A stretch of DNA of 64,000 bases. It comes from an uncultured Acidobacteriota bacterium (GTDB taxonomy: Bacteria > Acidobacteriota > JAAYUB01). Shown here in pieces: positions 39,284 through 48,508 of this stretch. The notes under the pieces are model-generated. The model was given only the letters and a program-made list of their open reading frames with translations. It made no database searches and was not told where the DNA came from. Location of the stretch: the NCBI GenBank assembly GCA_964412195.1, contig CAYPNP010000002.1, forward strand, positions 361,308 to 425,307, written 5' to 3'. A program made the position numbers and the translations under genes. Every line of letters begins with the position of its first letter. Position 1 is the stretch's first letter.

Positions 39284-39772
39284 ATGGCTTTCTTCAAAAA
39301 AGAGCAAATCGAAGAGGACCAGAGCCCCGCCGCCCCGCGCCCGCGTACTGAAGCCGCCGAGACCGCCGCGCCCCGCGGCGAAGGCTCGCTGATCGGCAAG
39401 AACATCAAGATTGTGGGCGAGGTCACCGGCAACAGCGACCTGACCGTGGACGGAAGGGTCGAAGGCAAGATCCGGATCTCCAAGATGCTCACCATCGGCC
39501 CCGCCGGGGACGTGGTGGCCGAGATCCACGGCGAGAACGTCGTCGTGATCGGCCGGGTGAATGGGAATGTCTCCGCCGACCAGAAAGTGATCCTCAAACC
39601 CACGGCCATGGTCACCGGCAACATTTCCTGCCAGAGCTTCATCGTCAACGAGGGCGCCAGTTTCGAGGGCAACATCCAGATGAAACAGGCGGAAAAGAAA
39701 GCCGAACCGCTTTCCCCGCCGTCCTCCCCCGCACCCGGCAAGGACAAAGACAAGGACAAGCCGAAGAATTGA
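39284..39772 (+). CDS. bactofilin family cytoskeletal protein
   Basis: Beta-helical bactofilin repeats (IGKNIKIVGEVTGNSDLTVDGRVEGKI...) with disordered Pro/Lys-rich termini. Confidence 0.8.
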   Translation: MAFFKKEQIEEDQSPAAPRPRTEAAETAAPRGEGSLIGKNIKIVGEVTGNSDLTVDGRVEGKIRISKMLTIGPAGDVVAEIHGENVVVIGRVNGNVSADQKVILKPTAMVTGNISCQSFIVNEGASFEGNIQMKQAEKKAEPLSPPSSPAPGKDKDKDKPKN

Positions 39773-39835
39773 CGTCCGGCCCCCCGGATCGGTCCGCGGG
39801 ACCTCCCTGGCGACGGGGAAAGACTGCGCCATGCG

Positions 39836-40522
39836 TCAGAACGTCCCCCCGCCGTGCAGCCGCTGCCGACGCCCGGACCGGAACAGGACCAGTAGCCCGA
39901 AGAGAAATCCCCCCACGTGGGCGCCCCACGCCACGCCGCCCGCCGCTTGATCCGAAAGCAGCCCACCGGCGAGCTGCATCACGAACCAGAGGCCGACCCA
40001 GACCAGGGCGGGGATCTCCACCAGTTGGAAGAAGATGAAAATCGGCAGCAGGGTCAGGATCCGGCCGTGGGGATGGAACAGCACATAGGCCGCCAGCACG
40101 CCGGAGACCGCCCCGCTCGCCCCGATGGTCGGCAGCTGGGACTCCAGGTTGAAGAGGATGTGCACGGCGTCGGCGGCCAGGCCGCAGCCCAGGTAGAAGA
40201 GGAGGTAGGGCCCATGGCCCAGCCGGTCCTCCACGTTGTCCCCGAAGATGAACAGGAACCACATGTTGCCAATGATGTGAAGCCAGCCGCCGTGGAGGAA
40301 CATCGACGCGAATAGCGGGACGACGAGGCCGGCCAGGGTGATCTCCGGGTAGTCGAAGAATTGGAGGAACCGCGCCGGCACCACCCCATAGGTGAACAGG
40401 AACCGGTCCAGCGCCGACCCCAGGCTCAACTCGTACAGGAAGACGAGCCCGTTGACGGCGATCAGGCCCCAGGTCACCCAGGGGGTGCGGACGGACGGGA
40501 CATCGTCCCGCAATGGGATCAT
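39836..40522 (-). CDS. rhomboid-family intramembrane serine protease
   Basis: Catalytic GASGAVSG serine motif and the conserved His in AHVGGFLFG. Start taken at MIPLRDD; the track ORF extends 15 codons further. Confidence 0.7.
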   Translation of the reverse strand: MIPLRDDVPSVRTPWVTWGLIAVNGLVFLYELSLGSALDRFLFTYGVVPARFLQFFDYPEITLAGLVVPLFASMFLHGGWLHIIGNMWFLFIFGDNVEDRLGHGPYLLFYLGCGLAADAVHILFNLESQLPTIGASGAVSGVLAAYVLFHPHGRILTLLPIFIFFQLVEIPALVWVGLWFVMQLAGGLLSDQAAGGVAWGAHVGGFLFGLLVLFRSGRRQRLHGGGTF

Positions 40523-40702
40523 GGCGGCAATCCTCCGAACATACCGCTTGTAATGATTCCACGCCATGGGACAGTTTGCAAGATCTTCGGCGCGGCTTCC
40601 GTCTGCGGGAATTTCCCGGCGAAGATCGGTTCATCCGCCGCGGGATATTTGTTACAATATGTCGATTGGCCCGCCGGGGCTCCCCGGCAGGAGGAGCAGC
40701 AC

Positions 40703-41644
40703 ATGGATCTCCGCACCACCATCGGCCCCCTGGCGTTGCAGAATCCCGTCATGACGGCCAGCGGCACCTTCGGGTACGGCCTGGAATTCGAACCCTACAT
40801 GGACCTCAACCGGCTGGGCGCCCTGGTGGTCAAGGGACTGAGCCTGAAGCCGCGCCCGGGCAATCCCGCCCCCCGGATCTACGAAACGCCCTCCGGCATG
40901 CTCAACGCCATCGGCCTCCAGAACGTCGGAGTGGACGCCTTCCTCCAGGAGAAACTCCCCCAGCTCCGCCACGTCCGCGCGCCCATCATCGCCAACGCCC
41001 TCGGCAACACCGTGGACGAGTACGTGGAGGTCTGCGGCCGGCTGGCCGGGGCGCCCGGCATCGCCGCCATCGAGCTGAATATCTCCTGCCCCAACGTCAA
41101 GGAGGGAGGCATCCAGTTCGCCAACGACCCGGGCCAGACCCGCGCCGTCACAGCGGCGGTTCGCGCCGCCATCGGCTCTTTCCCCCTGATCGTCAAGCTG
41201 TCCCCGAACGTCACGGACATCGTGGCCTTCGCCCGGGCCTGCCGGGACGCCGGCGCGGACGCCGTGTCCCTGGTGAACACCTTCGTCGGACTGGCCATCG
41301 ACCTCGAGAAGATGGCGCCCCGGCTAGCCAACGTCACCGGCGGCCTCAGCGGCCCGGCCATCAAGCCGCTGGCCCAGCGGATGGTGCACGACGTGTGCCG
41401 CAGCGTGGACATCCCGGTCATCGGCATCGGCGGCATCATGACGGCCACCGACGCCCTCGAGTACCTCGCCCTCGGCGCCCGGGCGGTCCAGGTGGGCACG
41501 GCCAACTACATCCGCCCGGCCGTCACGGTGGAGATCATCGACGGCATCGAGGACTGGTGCCGCCGGCACGGCATCGAAGCGATCCAGTCGTTCATCGGCC
41601 AATTCCTCCGGCGCGACCAGCCGGAATCCTGCAGGAGGTGCTGA
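40703..41644 (+). CDS. pyrD: dihydroorotate dehydrogenase catalytic subunit (class 1B-like)
   Basis: LQNPVMTASGTFGYG N-terminus and conserved DHOD blocks. The internal ATG has a GGAGGAG RBS. Confidence 0.85.
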   Translation: MDLRTTIGPLALQNPVMTASGTFGYGLEFEPYMDLNRLGALVVKGLSLKPRPGNPAPRIYETPSGMLNAIGLQNVGVDAFLQEKLPQLRHVRAPIIANALGNTVDEYVEVCGRLAGAPGIAAIELNISCPNVKEGGIQFANDPGQTRAVTAAVRAAIGSFPLIVKLSPNVTDIVAFARACRDAGADAVSLVNTFVGLAIDLEKMAPRLANVTGGLSGPAIKPLAQRMVHDVCRSVDIPVIGIGGIMTATDALEYLALGARAVQVGTANYIRPAVTVEIIDGIEDWCRRHGIEAIQSFIGQFLRRDQPESCRRC

Positions 41645-41645
41645 C

Positions 41646-42389
41646 ATGCCCGCAACGAAGACCGACGCGCGCGACCGGCTGATCGTGGCGCTGGACGTGG
41701 ACTCCGCCGCGGAGGCCCTGGCGATCGTGAAGAAAACCGCCCCCCACGTGGGCTGCTACAAAGTCGGCCTCCAGCTCTTCGTCCAGGAGGGGCCCGCCCT
41801 CGTCCGCGAGCTCGTCTCCTCGGGCCGGAAGGTCTTCCTGGACCTCAAGCTACACGACATCCCGAACACCGTCCTGTCGGCCTCGCGGCGGGTGGCGGAG
41901 CTGGGCGTTTCCCTCTTCACCGTCCACTGCCTGAACGGGCGACGCTCCCTGGCCCAGTGCCTGCAGGGGCTGCAGGAACACTGCGCCCGGAAGTCGATCG
42001 AGGTCCCGGCCATGGTGGGTGTGACCATTCTGACCAGCATGACGGACGCCGACCTCCACGGCACCGGGCTCGTCCTGAGCGTGGAGAAGGCGGTGGAAAA
42101 CCTGGTCGGCCAGAGCTACCGGGCCGGATTGCGGCACTTCGTCGCCTCCGCCCGGGAGGCGAAGCTGATCAAGCAGTCGTTCCCCGACGCGTACCTGATC
42201 ACCCCCGGCATCCGCCCGGCCGGTTCTCCCGCCGAGGACCAGTCCCGCGCGATGACGCCGGGGGAGGCCATCCCCGCGGGCGCGGACGCCCTCGTGGTCG
42301 GCCGCCCCATCCTGCGGGCGCCGGACCCGGCCGCGGCCGCCCGGATGGTCGTCGAGGAGATCGAGGAGGCCTTGATCCGGAGGGCCTGA
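41646..42389 (+). CDS. pyrF: orotidine 5'-phosphate decarboxylase
   Basis: LIVALDV...DLKLHDIPNT are the OMPdecase motifs. Confidence 0.85.
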   Translation: MPATKTDARDRLIVALDVDSAAEALAIVKKTAPHVGCYKVGLQLFVQEGPALVRELVSSGRKVFLDLKLHDIPNTVLSASRRVAELGVSLFTVHCLNGRRSLAQCLQGLQEHCARKSIEVPAMVGVTILTSMTDADLHGTGLVLSVEKAVENLVGQSYRAGLRHFVASAREAKLIKQSFPDAYLITPGIRPAGSPAEDQSRAMTPGEAIPAGADALVVGRPILRAPDPAAAARMVVEEIEEALIRRA

Positions 42390-42521
42390 CGCCGCCGGCG
42401 TCCTTGACTTGGCGGGGAAGTCGTTCTATCATGCCCGTTTGCTGAAACTTCGGAGAACTATTTCCGAATAATAGGCATCTATGGAAGGTTCGAGGCGCTG
42501 AAATCCAAGTGGAGGCTTACC

Positions 42522-43178
42522 GTGGTGGCATTAGGAATCTTCGGAACCCTGGTGGACTACTTCAGCAAGGGCGGACCTGTGATGTGGCCGCTCCTCGCCT
42601 GTTCCATCATCGGATTGATCTTCCTCGTCGAGCGCGCCATCTATTTCCACCGGATCCCCCTGGATCCCGGCATGATCTTCGGCAAGGTCCGGCAGCTGAT
42701 GCTGGCCCGGGACCTCGAGGGAGCCATCCGGCTCACCGACGAAGCCAAAGGCCCCATGCCGGACATCCTCAAGGCCGGCTTGCTCCGGTTCGGCAAGCCC
42801 CACGAGGAAATCCTCCGCGCCATCGAAAGCGTCTCGCTGCATGAAGTCGCCAAGCTGGAGCGCGGCCTCTGGATCCTGGCCACCATCGCCAACGTCGCCC
42901 CCCTGCTTGGCTTCCTGGGGACGGTCACGGGCATGATCCAATCCTTCGACGTTTTGTCCACCGCCGGCTTCGGCAACCCGAAGCTGGTGGCCAAGGGCAT
43001 CGCCGAGGCCCTGATCACCACCGCCGCCGGCCTGATGATCGCATTCCCCGTCCAATTGGGATACAACTACTTCACCACCAAGGTCGGCTCCTTCGTCCTG
43101 ACGGCGGAAACCACTTCCGCCATGCTCCTCGAGACCATTTCCGAGCTGGAAGAGGAGAACCACAAGGTCAAGTCATGA
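42522..43178 (+). CDS. exbB: MotA/TolQ/ExbB-family proton-channel protein (GTG start; the ATG at 42582 is an alternative)
   Basis: Three TM helices and the conserved C-terminal region (GMIQSF...TTAAGLMIAFP). Confidence 0.8.
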   Translation: MVALGIFGTLVDYFSKGGPVMWPLLACSIIGLIFLVERAIYFHRIPLDPGMIFGKVRQLMLARDLEGAIRLTDEAKGPMPDILKAGLLRFGKPHEEILRAIESVSLHEVAKLERGLWILATIANVAPLLGFLGTVTGMIQSFDVLSTAGFGNPKLVAKGIAEALITTAAGLMIAFPVQLGYNYFTTKVGSFVLTAETTSAMLLETISELEEENHKVKS

Positions 43179-43606
43179 TCCGCTACCGCGCCCGAAAAAT
43201 CAGCGCCATCATCCCCACCGCCTCCATGGCAGACATCGCCTTCCTGCTGATCACTTTCTTCATGTACACGACCACCTTCAGCGTCGACCGGACCGAGGTG
43301 ATCCTGCCGGAATCCTTCATCCGGCAGATGGTGGAGAAGGACGCGGCCATCATCGCGATCACCGCCCGTGGTCAGATCAACGTCTCCGACGGCGTGCGGG
43401 AGAGCGAGCCGGCGGCCAGCCCGGAAGCCCTCGAGCAAACAGTCCGGGAGATCATCCAGAAGTCGCCCAACCGCCAGTTCATCATCAAGTGCGACAAGGC
43501 GGCGCCCTACCGGGCCTTCAACCAGGTGTACGAGGTGCTGCTGAAGACCAAGGCCCACGACATCTCCCTACTGACCGAACGCAAGACCGGAACGGAGGGG
43601 CCATGA
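43175..43606 (+). CDS. exbD: ExbD/TolR-family biopolymer transport protein
   Basis: N-terminus IPTASMADIAFLLITFFM with the conserved Asp in the TM helix. Confidence 0.8.
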   Translation: MIRYRARKISAIIPTASMADIAFLLITFFMYTTTFSVDRTEVILPESFIRQMVEKDAAIIAITARGQINVSDGVRESEPAASPEALEQTVREIIQKSPNRQFIIKCDKAAPYRAFNQVYEVLLKTKAHDISLLTERKTGTEGP

Positions 43607-44043
43607 GAGCAGCCCGCCTGAAAGACCGGATGACGGCGGAGATTCCCACCGCCTCCATGGCCGACATCGCCTTCCTGCTTATCACCTTCTTCATGGTGAC
43701 CACCGTGTTCACGGCCATCCACGGCATCGAGTACGGCATGCCGAAGCGCGAGCCCACCTCCAATGTCAAGCCGCAGGAGTCCGTTTACATTCACGTCATG
43801 TACAACGGTCAGGTCCAGGTGGATTTCGTCCCCATCGGCTCGATGGAGAACCTCGCCACCTACGTCAAGACCAAGATGGAACAGACGCAGGGCCGGAAGC
43901 CCGTCATCATCCGGACGGATCCCGACGCCCCCTACGGGAAGACGGTCGAAGTCCTGGACGTCCTCAAGCAGCTCGATGTGAAGAACATCACCCTGCCCAC
44001 GGAGAAAGAGATCGAGGTCTGGAAGGCCTATTTCCGAGACTGA
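43603..44043 (+). CDS. exbD: second ExbD/TolR-family protein
   Basis: Paralogous N-terminus (EIPTASMADIAFLLITFFM) and periplasmic domain. Confidence 0.8.
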   Translation: MRAARLKDRMTAEIPTASMADIAFLLITFFMVTTVFTAIHGIEYGMPKREPTSNVKPQESVYIHVMYNGQVQVDFVPIGSMENLATYVKTKMEQTQGRKPVIIRTDPDAPYGKTVEVLDVLKQLDVKNITLPTEKEIEVWKAYFRD

Positions 44044-44080
44044 ATCGCCCGGCCCCCATCGCCACCCACGGGAATCCAGC

Positions 44081-45076
44081 ATGACACATACCCGAACCCG
44101 ACCTTCCACCGATCGCCGGCGGAACGCGTTCATCGCGCTGGTGCTCGCCGCGCTCTGCCTGGCGGCGTTCACCGCGGAGGCCCTGGCGGATTACAAGACG
44201 GCGATCTCCCTTTTCAAGCGCCAGAAGTACCGCGACGCGCTCAAGGAGCTCCAGCCCGACGTCAGCCGCAACCCCGACTGGGAATTCGGCCACCGCCTGG
44301 CCGGCCTCTGCTACTTCTACCTCAAGGAATACGACAACGCCGCCCGGGCCTTCGAGCGGGCTGTGGAGCTCAAGAGCACCGAACCCTCGGTGTACCTGGG
44401 GCTGGCGGAATCTTACTACCAGTCGGGGAAACCGGACCAGGCCCTGGCCGCCGTCGAAAAGGGCAAGGCCTACTTCACCAAGAAGCCGGACCTGTACAAT
44501 TACAACCGGATCCGCGCGTTCGTTTTCTACAAGCAGCAGCGGTTCGCCAACTCCGCCGACGCCGTGGTGGCTTCCTTCCAGTACCAGGCCGGCACCGCCC
44601 AGGACTGGCTCATCCTCGGCATCAGCTATTTCATGACCGGCCAGGACACCCAAGCGCGGCAGGCGCTGTCCACGGCGCAACAGATGGACCGCTCGCTGAC
44701 CGGCGCCCAGACCTACCTGGACCGGCTGGCCGTCCGCGAAGCGGAAAACGCCCTCAAGTCCCAGAACTACGCCCAGGCCCGCGACGCCTTCCAGGCCATC
44801 CTGCAGCAGCACCCGGAAGACAACGCCATCCGCTTCAACCTGGCCCTGGCCGAGATCGGCCTCAAGAACTGGCCCGGCGCCGAGGCGCTCCTCCGGCCCA
44901 TGGAAACCGCCTACACAGGATCTTTCCGCTACTACTACTTCCACGGGTACGTACTGGAGAATCTGGGGAAGAATGAAGAGGCCGAGAAGTCCTACCGCAA
45001 GGCGCTGCAGATCAACAACGACCCGCAGGCAAGAGAGGCCCTCCAGCGGGTGCTCCGCCGGATGGGGAAAAAATGA
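44081..45076 (+). CDS. TPR-repeat protein with an N-terminal signal/anchor, last gene of the exbB-exbD-exbD cluster
   Basis: N-terminal hydrophobic segment followed by TPR motifs. Confidence 0.65.
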   Translation: MTHTRTRPSTDRRRNAFIALVLAALCLAAFTAEALADYKTAISLFKRQKYRDALKELQPDVSRNPDWEFGHRLAGLCYFYLKEYDNAARAFERAVELKSTEPSVYLGLAESYYQSGKPDQALAAVEKGKAYFTKKPDLYNYNRIRAFVFYKQQRFANSADAVVASFQYQAGTAQDWLILGISYFMTGQDTQARQALSTAQQMDRSLTGAQTYLDRLAVREAENALKSQNYAQARDAFQAILQQHPEDNAIRFNLALAEIGLKNWPGAEALLRPMETAYTGSFRYYYFHGYVLENLGKNEEAEKSYRKALQINNDPQAREALQRVLRRMGKK

Positions 45077-45099
45077 ACCCCGCCGGGGAGGCGGGGTTC
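45075..45099. terminator. bidirectional rho-independent terminator between the TPR gene (+) and the STAS gene (-)
   Basis: GAACCCCGCC-gggga-GGCGGGGTTC perfect 10-bp stem. Confidence 0.55.
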
Positions 45100-45106
45100 A
45101 TGGGAT

Positions 45107-45445
45107 TCACTTGTAGCTCTTGACTGCGTCGTCGACGCTCTTGTAATACTCGAAAACCGTGATCAGTTTGGTGATGGTCAGCAGGTCCACGATCCGCTCG
45201 GTGACGTTGGCCAGTTTCAGCGTGCCGCTGGCCTTGCGCATGGTGGTGTAGCAGCGGATCAGTTCGCCCAGCCCGGAGCTGTCGATGTACGGCACATCGG
45301 CGAGATCCAGGACCACGTTCTTGACGTTTTCCGCCAGGAGCTCGTCGACCTTTTTCTTGATCGCGATATCGCCTTCACCCATCAGAATTTTGCCGTGAAT
45401 TTCAAGTACCGTGACGCCGTTGACCTCTCTCTCGTTGATCTGCAT
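45107..45445 (-). CDS. second STAS-domain anti-sigma-factor antagonist (orphan)
   Basis: DLADVPYIDSSGLGELI conserved serine context; 112 aa; lower GC than its surroundings. Confidence 0.75.
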   Translation of the reverse strand: MQINEREVNGVTVLEIHGKILMGEGDIAIKKKVDELLAENVKNVVLDLADVPYIDSSGLGELIRCYTTMRKASGTLKLANVTERIVDLLTITKLITVFEYYKSVDDAVKSYK

Positions 45446-45557
45446 GAAGACCTCCTGAAAGTTATTGGTTATTTCCTTTCATACATATCACAGCCCTTTG
45501 GGGGTGTCAAACCCTATTTCAACAAGGCGCTGAAAGGCCCCCCGCCGAAAAAAAACC

Positions 45558-45586
45558 TTGCATCACTTCGCCTCCTGTGCTTATAT
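45558..45586 (+). promoter_or_regulatory. sigma70-type promoter of the rpsP operon
   Basis: TTGCAT (-35), a 17-bp spacer, and TTATAT (-10), preceded by an A8 UP-like tract. It lies about 33 nt upstream of the rpsP start. Confidence 0.45.
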
Positions 45587-45618
45587 AGGGGGCTGTATTT
45601 TTGAGGACGGAGGTTCCA

Positions 45619-45870
45619 TTGATCGCTATCAGGTTAACCCGCAAAGGCTCCAAGAAGAAACCCGTGTACCGCGTCGTGGTTGCGGAGAAGACGGCTCCCC
45701 GTGACGGCAGATTCCTCGAGATCCTCGGCCACTACAACCCGGTCTCGACACCGGCCGAGTTCCAGCTGGACCTGGAAAGAGTCAACCACTGGCTCAGCAA
45801 GGGCGCGAAACCGTCCGACACCGTTCGGCGTCTCATCGAGAAGGCGACAGCTTCCGCGAAGACTGATTGA
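45619..45870 (+). CDS. rpsP: 30S ribosomal protein S16 (TTG start)
   Basis: IAIRLTRKGSKKKPVYRVVV is the S16 signature, with a GAGGACGGAGG RBS. Confidence 0.85.
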   Translation: MIAIRLTRKGSKKKPVYRVVVAEKTAPRDGRFLEILGHYNPVSTPAEFQLDLERVNHWLSKGAKPSDTVRRLIEKATASAKTD

Positions 45871-45931
45871 ATTTCGCCATTTTACGCGGCTTGTTCTTCA
45901 TAAAACCACGTTCTGACCACAGGAGGAGCAC

Positions 45932-46162
45932 ATGAAAGAGCTGTTGGAAATGATTGCGAAAGTTCTAGTTGACAATCCGGATCAGGTCCAAGTCACGGAA
46001 GTGGAAGGTGAGCAGACCACCGTCCTCGAGCTGCGTGTGGCGCAAGTGGACCTTGGCAAGGTCATCGGCAAGCAGGGACGCACCGCCCGGGCGATCCGCA
46101 CGATCCTCGGCGCGGCCGGCATGAAGATGCACAAGCGCTTCGTCCTGGAGATCCTGGAATAG
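45932..46162 (+). CDS. KH-domain RNA-binding protein (YlqC/UPF0109)
   Basis: [15 protein letters not shown] is a KH GXXG loop, in the conserved position between rpsP and rimM. Confidence 0.75.
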   Translation: MKELLEMIAKVLVDNPDQVQVTEVEGEQTTVLELRVAQVDLGKVIGKQGRTARAIRTILGAAGMKMHKRFVLEILE

Positions 46163-46167
46163 GACAG

Positions 46168-46698
46168 GTGGCGAAACACGACCATCTGGTAGTCGTCGGT
46201 ACCATCATCAAGCCACACGGAATTCTCGGGGAAGTCGTCGTCGAGCCGTACACCGATTCCCCGGGCGTGTTCGCGACCGGCGCGCGGTTGTTTCTGACGC
46301 GGGAAGGATCCGCGCCGCGCCCCTGCAGGATGCGGAGTTGCCGGGCGCACCAGGGCCGGTGGCTTGTCGGCCTGGACGGCGTGAACGGCCGGACCGAGGC
46401 CGAGCAGCTGAGAAACCACGATCTTTGCATCGATAAAGACAGCCTGGCCCCCCTTGCGGCGGGCGAGTGCTATGTGTTCGAGGTCGTCGACGCCGCCGTG
46501 CAGGATGCCGATGGAAATGAAATCGGAATCGTGCAGGCCGTGGCGGAAACGGCGGCCGGCCATCTCCTGGAGATCCGCACCCCGGAAACGGTGTTCTACC
46601 TGCCCTTCGTGGACGAATACATCCAGGAGATCCGCCGGGAAGACGCCGTGGTGGTGATCCGGAATTTCGAGGGCCTGCTGGACCTGGAGCGGGGATGA
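46168..46698 (+). CDS. rimM: ribosome maturation factor RimM
   Basis: VVVGTIIKPHGILGEV N-terminus and a PRC barrel. Confidence 0.8.
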   Translation: MAKHDHLVVVGTIIKPHGILGEVVVEPYTDSPGVFATGARLFLTREGSAPRPCRMRSCRAHQGRWLVGLDGVNGRTEAEQLRNHDLCIDKDSLAPLAAGECYVFEVVDAAVQDADGNEIGIVQAVAETAAGHLLEIRTPETVFYLPFVDEYIQEIRREDAVVVIRNFEGLLDLERG

Positions 46699-47411
46699 AG
46701 ATCGACATCATCACCATCTTCCCCGGGCTGGTCGAGCCGATGCTGGAGTTCGGCATCCTGGGCAAGGCGCGCCGGGGCGGGCAGGTGGCGATCCGGGCTA
46801 TCGACCTACGCGACTTCACCACGGACCGCCACCGCACCGTCGACGACCGCCCCTTCGGGGGAGGCGAGGGCATGGTGTTCAAGCCCGAGCCGCTCGCCGC
46901 GGCCATCCGGTCCCTGAAAACCGGCGCGCCCGGAGAGCGGGTCGTCTACCTCAGCCCGCAGGGCCGCCTGCTGACGCAGCAGCGGGTCCGCGGACTGGCC
47001 GGCTGGGAACACCTGATCCTCATCTGCGGCCGCTACGAGGGGATCGACCAGCGGGTGATCGACCTGCTCGTTGACGAGCAGGTTTCGATCGGCGACTACG
47101 TCCTGAGCGGCGGGGAGCTGCCGGCGATGGTCCTGGTGGAAGCGGTCGCCCGGCTCGCCCCCGGCGTGGTCGGGCATCCGGACTCGATCCGGAACGAGTC
47201 GTTCGAGGCGGACCTGCTGGACTGCCCGGTCTACACGCGGCCCGAGGTGTTTGAGGGGCTGGCGGTTCCCGAGGTCCTCATGTCCGGAAACCACGAGCGC
47301 GTCCGCCGCTGGCGGGCCGAACAGGCGCTGGCGAACACCCGCCGGCACCGGCCGGAGTTGTTGGAAAAGCCATTATCAAGAAACGATATCGAGGAGAACA
47401 GTCATGAATGA
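46695..47411 (+). CDS. trmD: tRNA (guanine37-N1)-methyltransferase
   Basis: [10 protein letters not shown], the SPQG and GRYEGIDQR motifs. Confidence 0.9.
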   Translation: MKIDIITIFPGLVEPMLEFGILGKARRGGQVAIRAIDLRDFTTDRHRTVDDRPFGGGEGMVFKPEPLAAAIRSLKTGAPGERVVYLSPQGRLLTQQRVRGLAGWEHLILICGRYEGIDQRVIDLLVDEQVSIGDYVLSGGELPAMVLVEAVARLAPGVVGHPDSIRNESFEADLLDCPVYTRPEVFEGLAVPEVLMSGNHERVRRWRAEQALANTRRHRPELLEKPLSRNDIEENSHE

Positions 47412-47745
47412 GATCGATTTCATCGAACAGGAAATCATCAAGCCGGATATTCCCAATTTCCGGATTGGGGACACCGTCCGGGTGCACGTGAAGATCGTGG
47501 AAGGCGACAAGTACCGCATCCAGATTTTCGAGGGCCTCGTGATCGCCCGCAAGCACGGCGGGAGCCGCGAGACGTTCACCGTGCGGAAGATCTCCGCCGG
47601 CTACGGCGTGGAAAGGGTGTTTCCCCTGCACGCGCCGGTGATCGACAAAATCGAGGTCGTCCGTTCCGGAAAGGTCCGCCGGGCCAAGCTATACTTCCTC
47701 CGCAACTTGCGGGGCAAGGCCGCCCGCCTCAAGGAAATCCGCTAG
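47404..47745 (+). CDS. rplS: 50S ribosomal protein L19
   Basis: [33 protein letters not shown] is the L19 family. Confidence 0.9.
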   Translation: MNEIDFIEQEIIKPDIPNFRIGDTVRVHVKIVEGDKYRIQIFEGLVIARKHGGSRETFTVRKISAGYGVERVFPLHAPVIDKIEVVRSGKVRRAKLYFLRNLRGKAARLKEIR

Positions 47746-47774
47746 TTCCTGCGGCCCCCACTCCAGACTCTCCA

Positions 47775-47800
47775 AACCCGGTTTCGGCCGGGTTTTTTCG
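47775..47800 (+). terminator. rho-independent terminator after rplS
   Basis: AACCCGG-tttcgg-CCGGGTT hairpin followed by a T6 tract. Confidence 0.5.
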
Positions 47801-47851
47801 TTTCAAAATTATTCTACCCACTCCGTTAAAATTGCTATAATATGAAAGTGT

Positions 47852-48508
47852 ATGGCGGAAGTGGTGCAGAAGGATCTTTTCGACAGGGAGTGGACGATCC
47901 CGGCGGAGAAGGACTTCTTCGCTCGCGGCCTTCGACTCATCGCAGGGGTGGATGAGGTCGGTCGCGGGGCGCTGGCCGGACCAGTAGTCACGGCGGCGGT
48001 GATCCTGAACCCCGATGACCCGATCGCCGGGATCCGGGACTCCAAGCAGCTTTCTCCGTCACGGCGGGAAGCTCTGGATGGGGAGATCCGCAAGCGGGCC
48101 ATCGCTTGGAGCATCGACTTCATCGGCAACGACGACGTGGACCGGATCAACGTCCTGGAGGCCACACGGGTGTCGATGGGCCGTGCCGTACGCCGGCTGT
48201 CGGTGGCTCCCCAGCTGGTCCTGACCGATGCGATGGAATTGGATCTCCTTGACATCCCTTTGGTTAGTCTGATAAAAGGGGACGCGAGATCCAACTGTGT
48301 GGGTGCCGCTTCCATCATCGCCAAGGTGCACAGGGACCGCTGGATGTGCCGGGCGGCCCTCCTTTTCCCGGCCTATGAGTTTGAACGGCACAAGGGGTAC
48401 GGCACGCGGCGCCACCTGGAGATCATCTCACGGCTGGGACCGTGTCCGTTGCACCGGCGGAGCTTCAAGCCACTGAGCGGGACGTCAGAAAATGGTCGCC
48501 ATCAATAA
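47852..48508 (+). CDS. rnhB: ribonuclease HII
   Basis: GVDEVGRGALAGPVV catalytic DEDD motif region. Confidence 0.85.
   Translation: MAEVVQKDLFDREWTIPAEKDFFARGLRLIAGVDEVGRGALAGPVVTAAVILNPDDPIAGIRDSKQLSPSRREALDGEIRKRAIAWSIDFIGNDDVDRINVLEATRVSMGRAVRRLSVAPQLVLTDAMELDLLDIPLVSLIKGDARSNCVGAASIIAKVHRDRWMCRAALLFPAYEFERHKGYGTRRHLEIISRLGPCPLHRRSFKPLSGTSENGRHQ

Noticed and set aside
42394-42420. Terminator after pyrF (GACGCCGCCGGCGTC palindrome)
   Set aside because: The hairpin has a minimal loop and is not followed by a T-tract, so it is not convincing as an intrinsic terminator.
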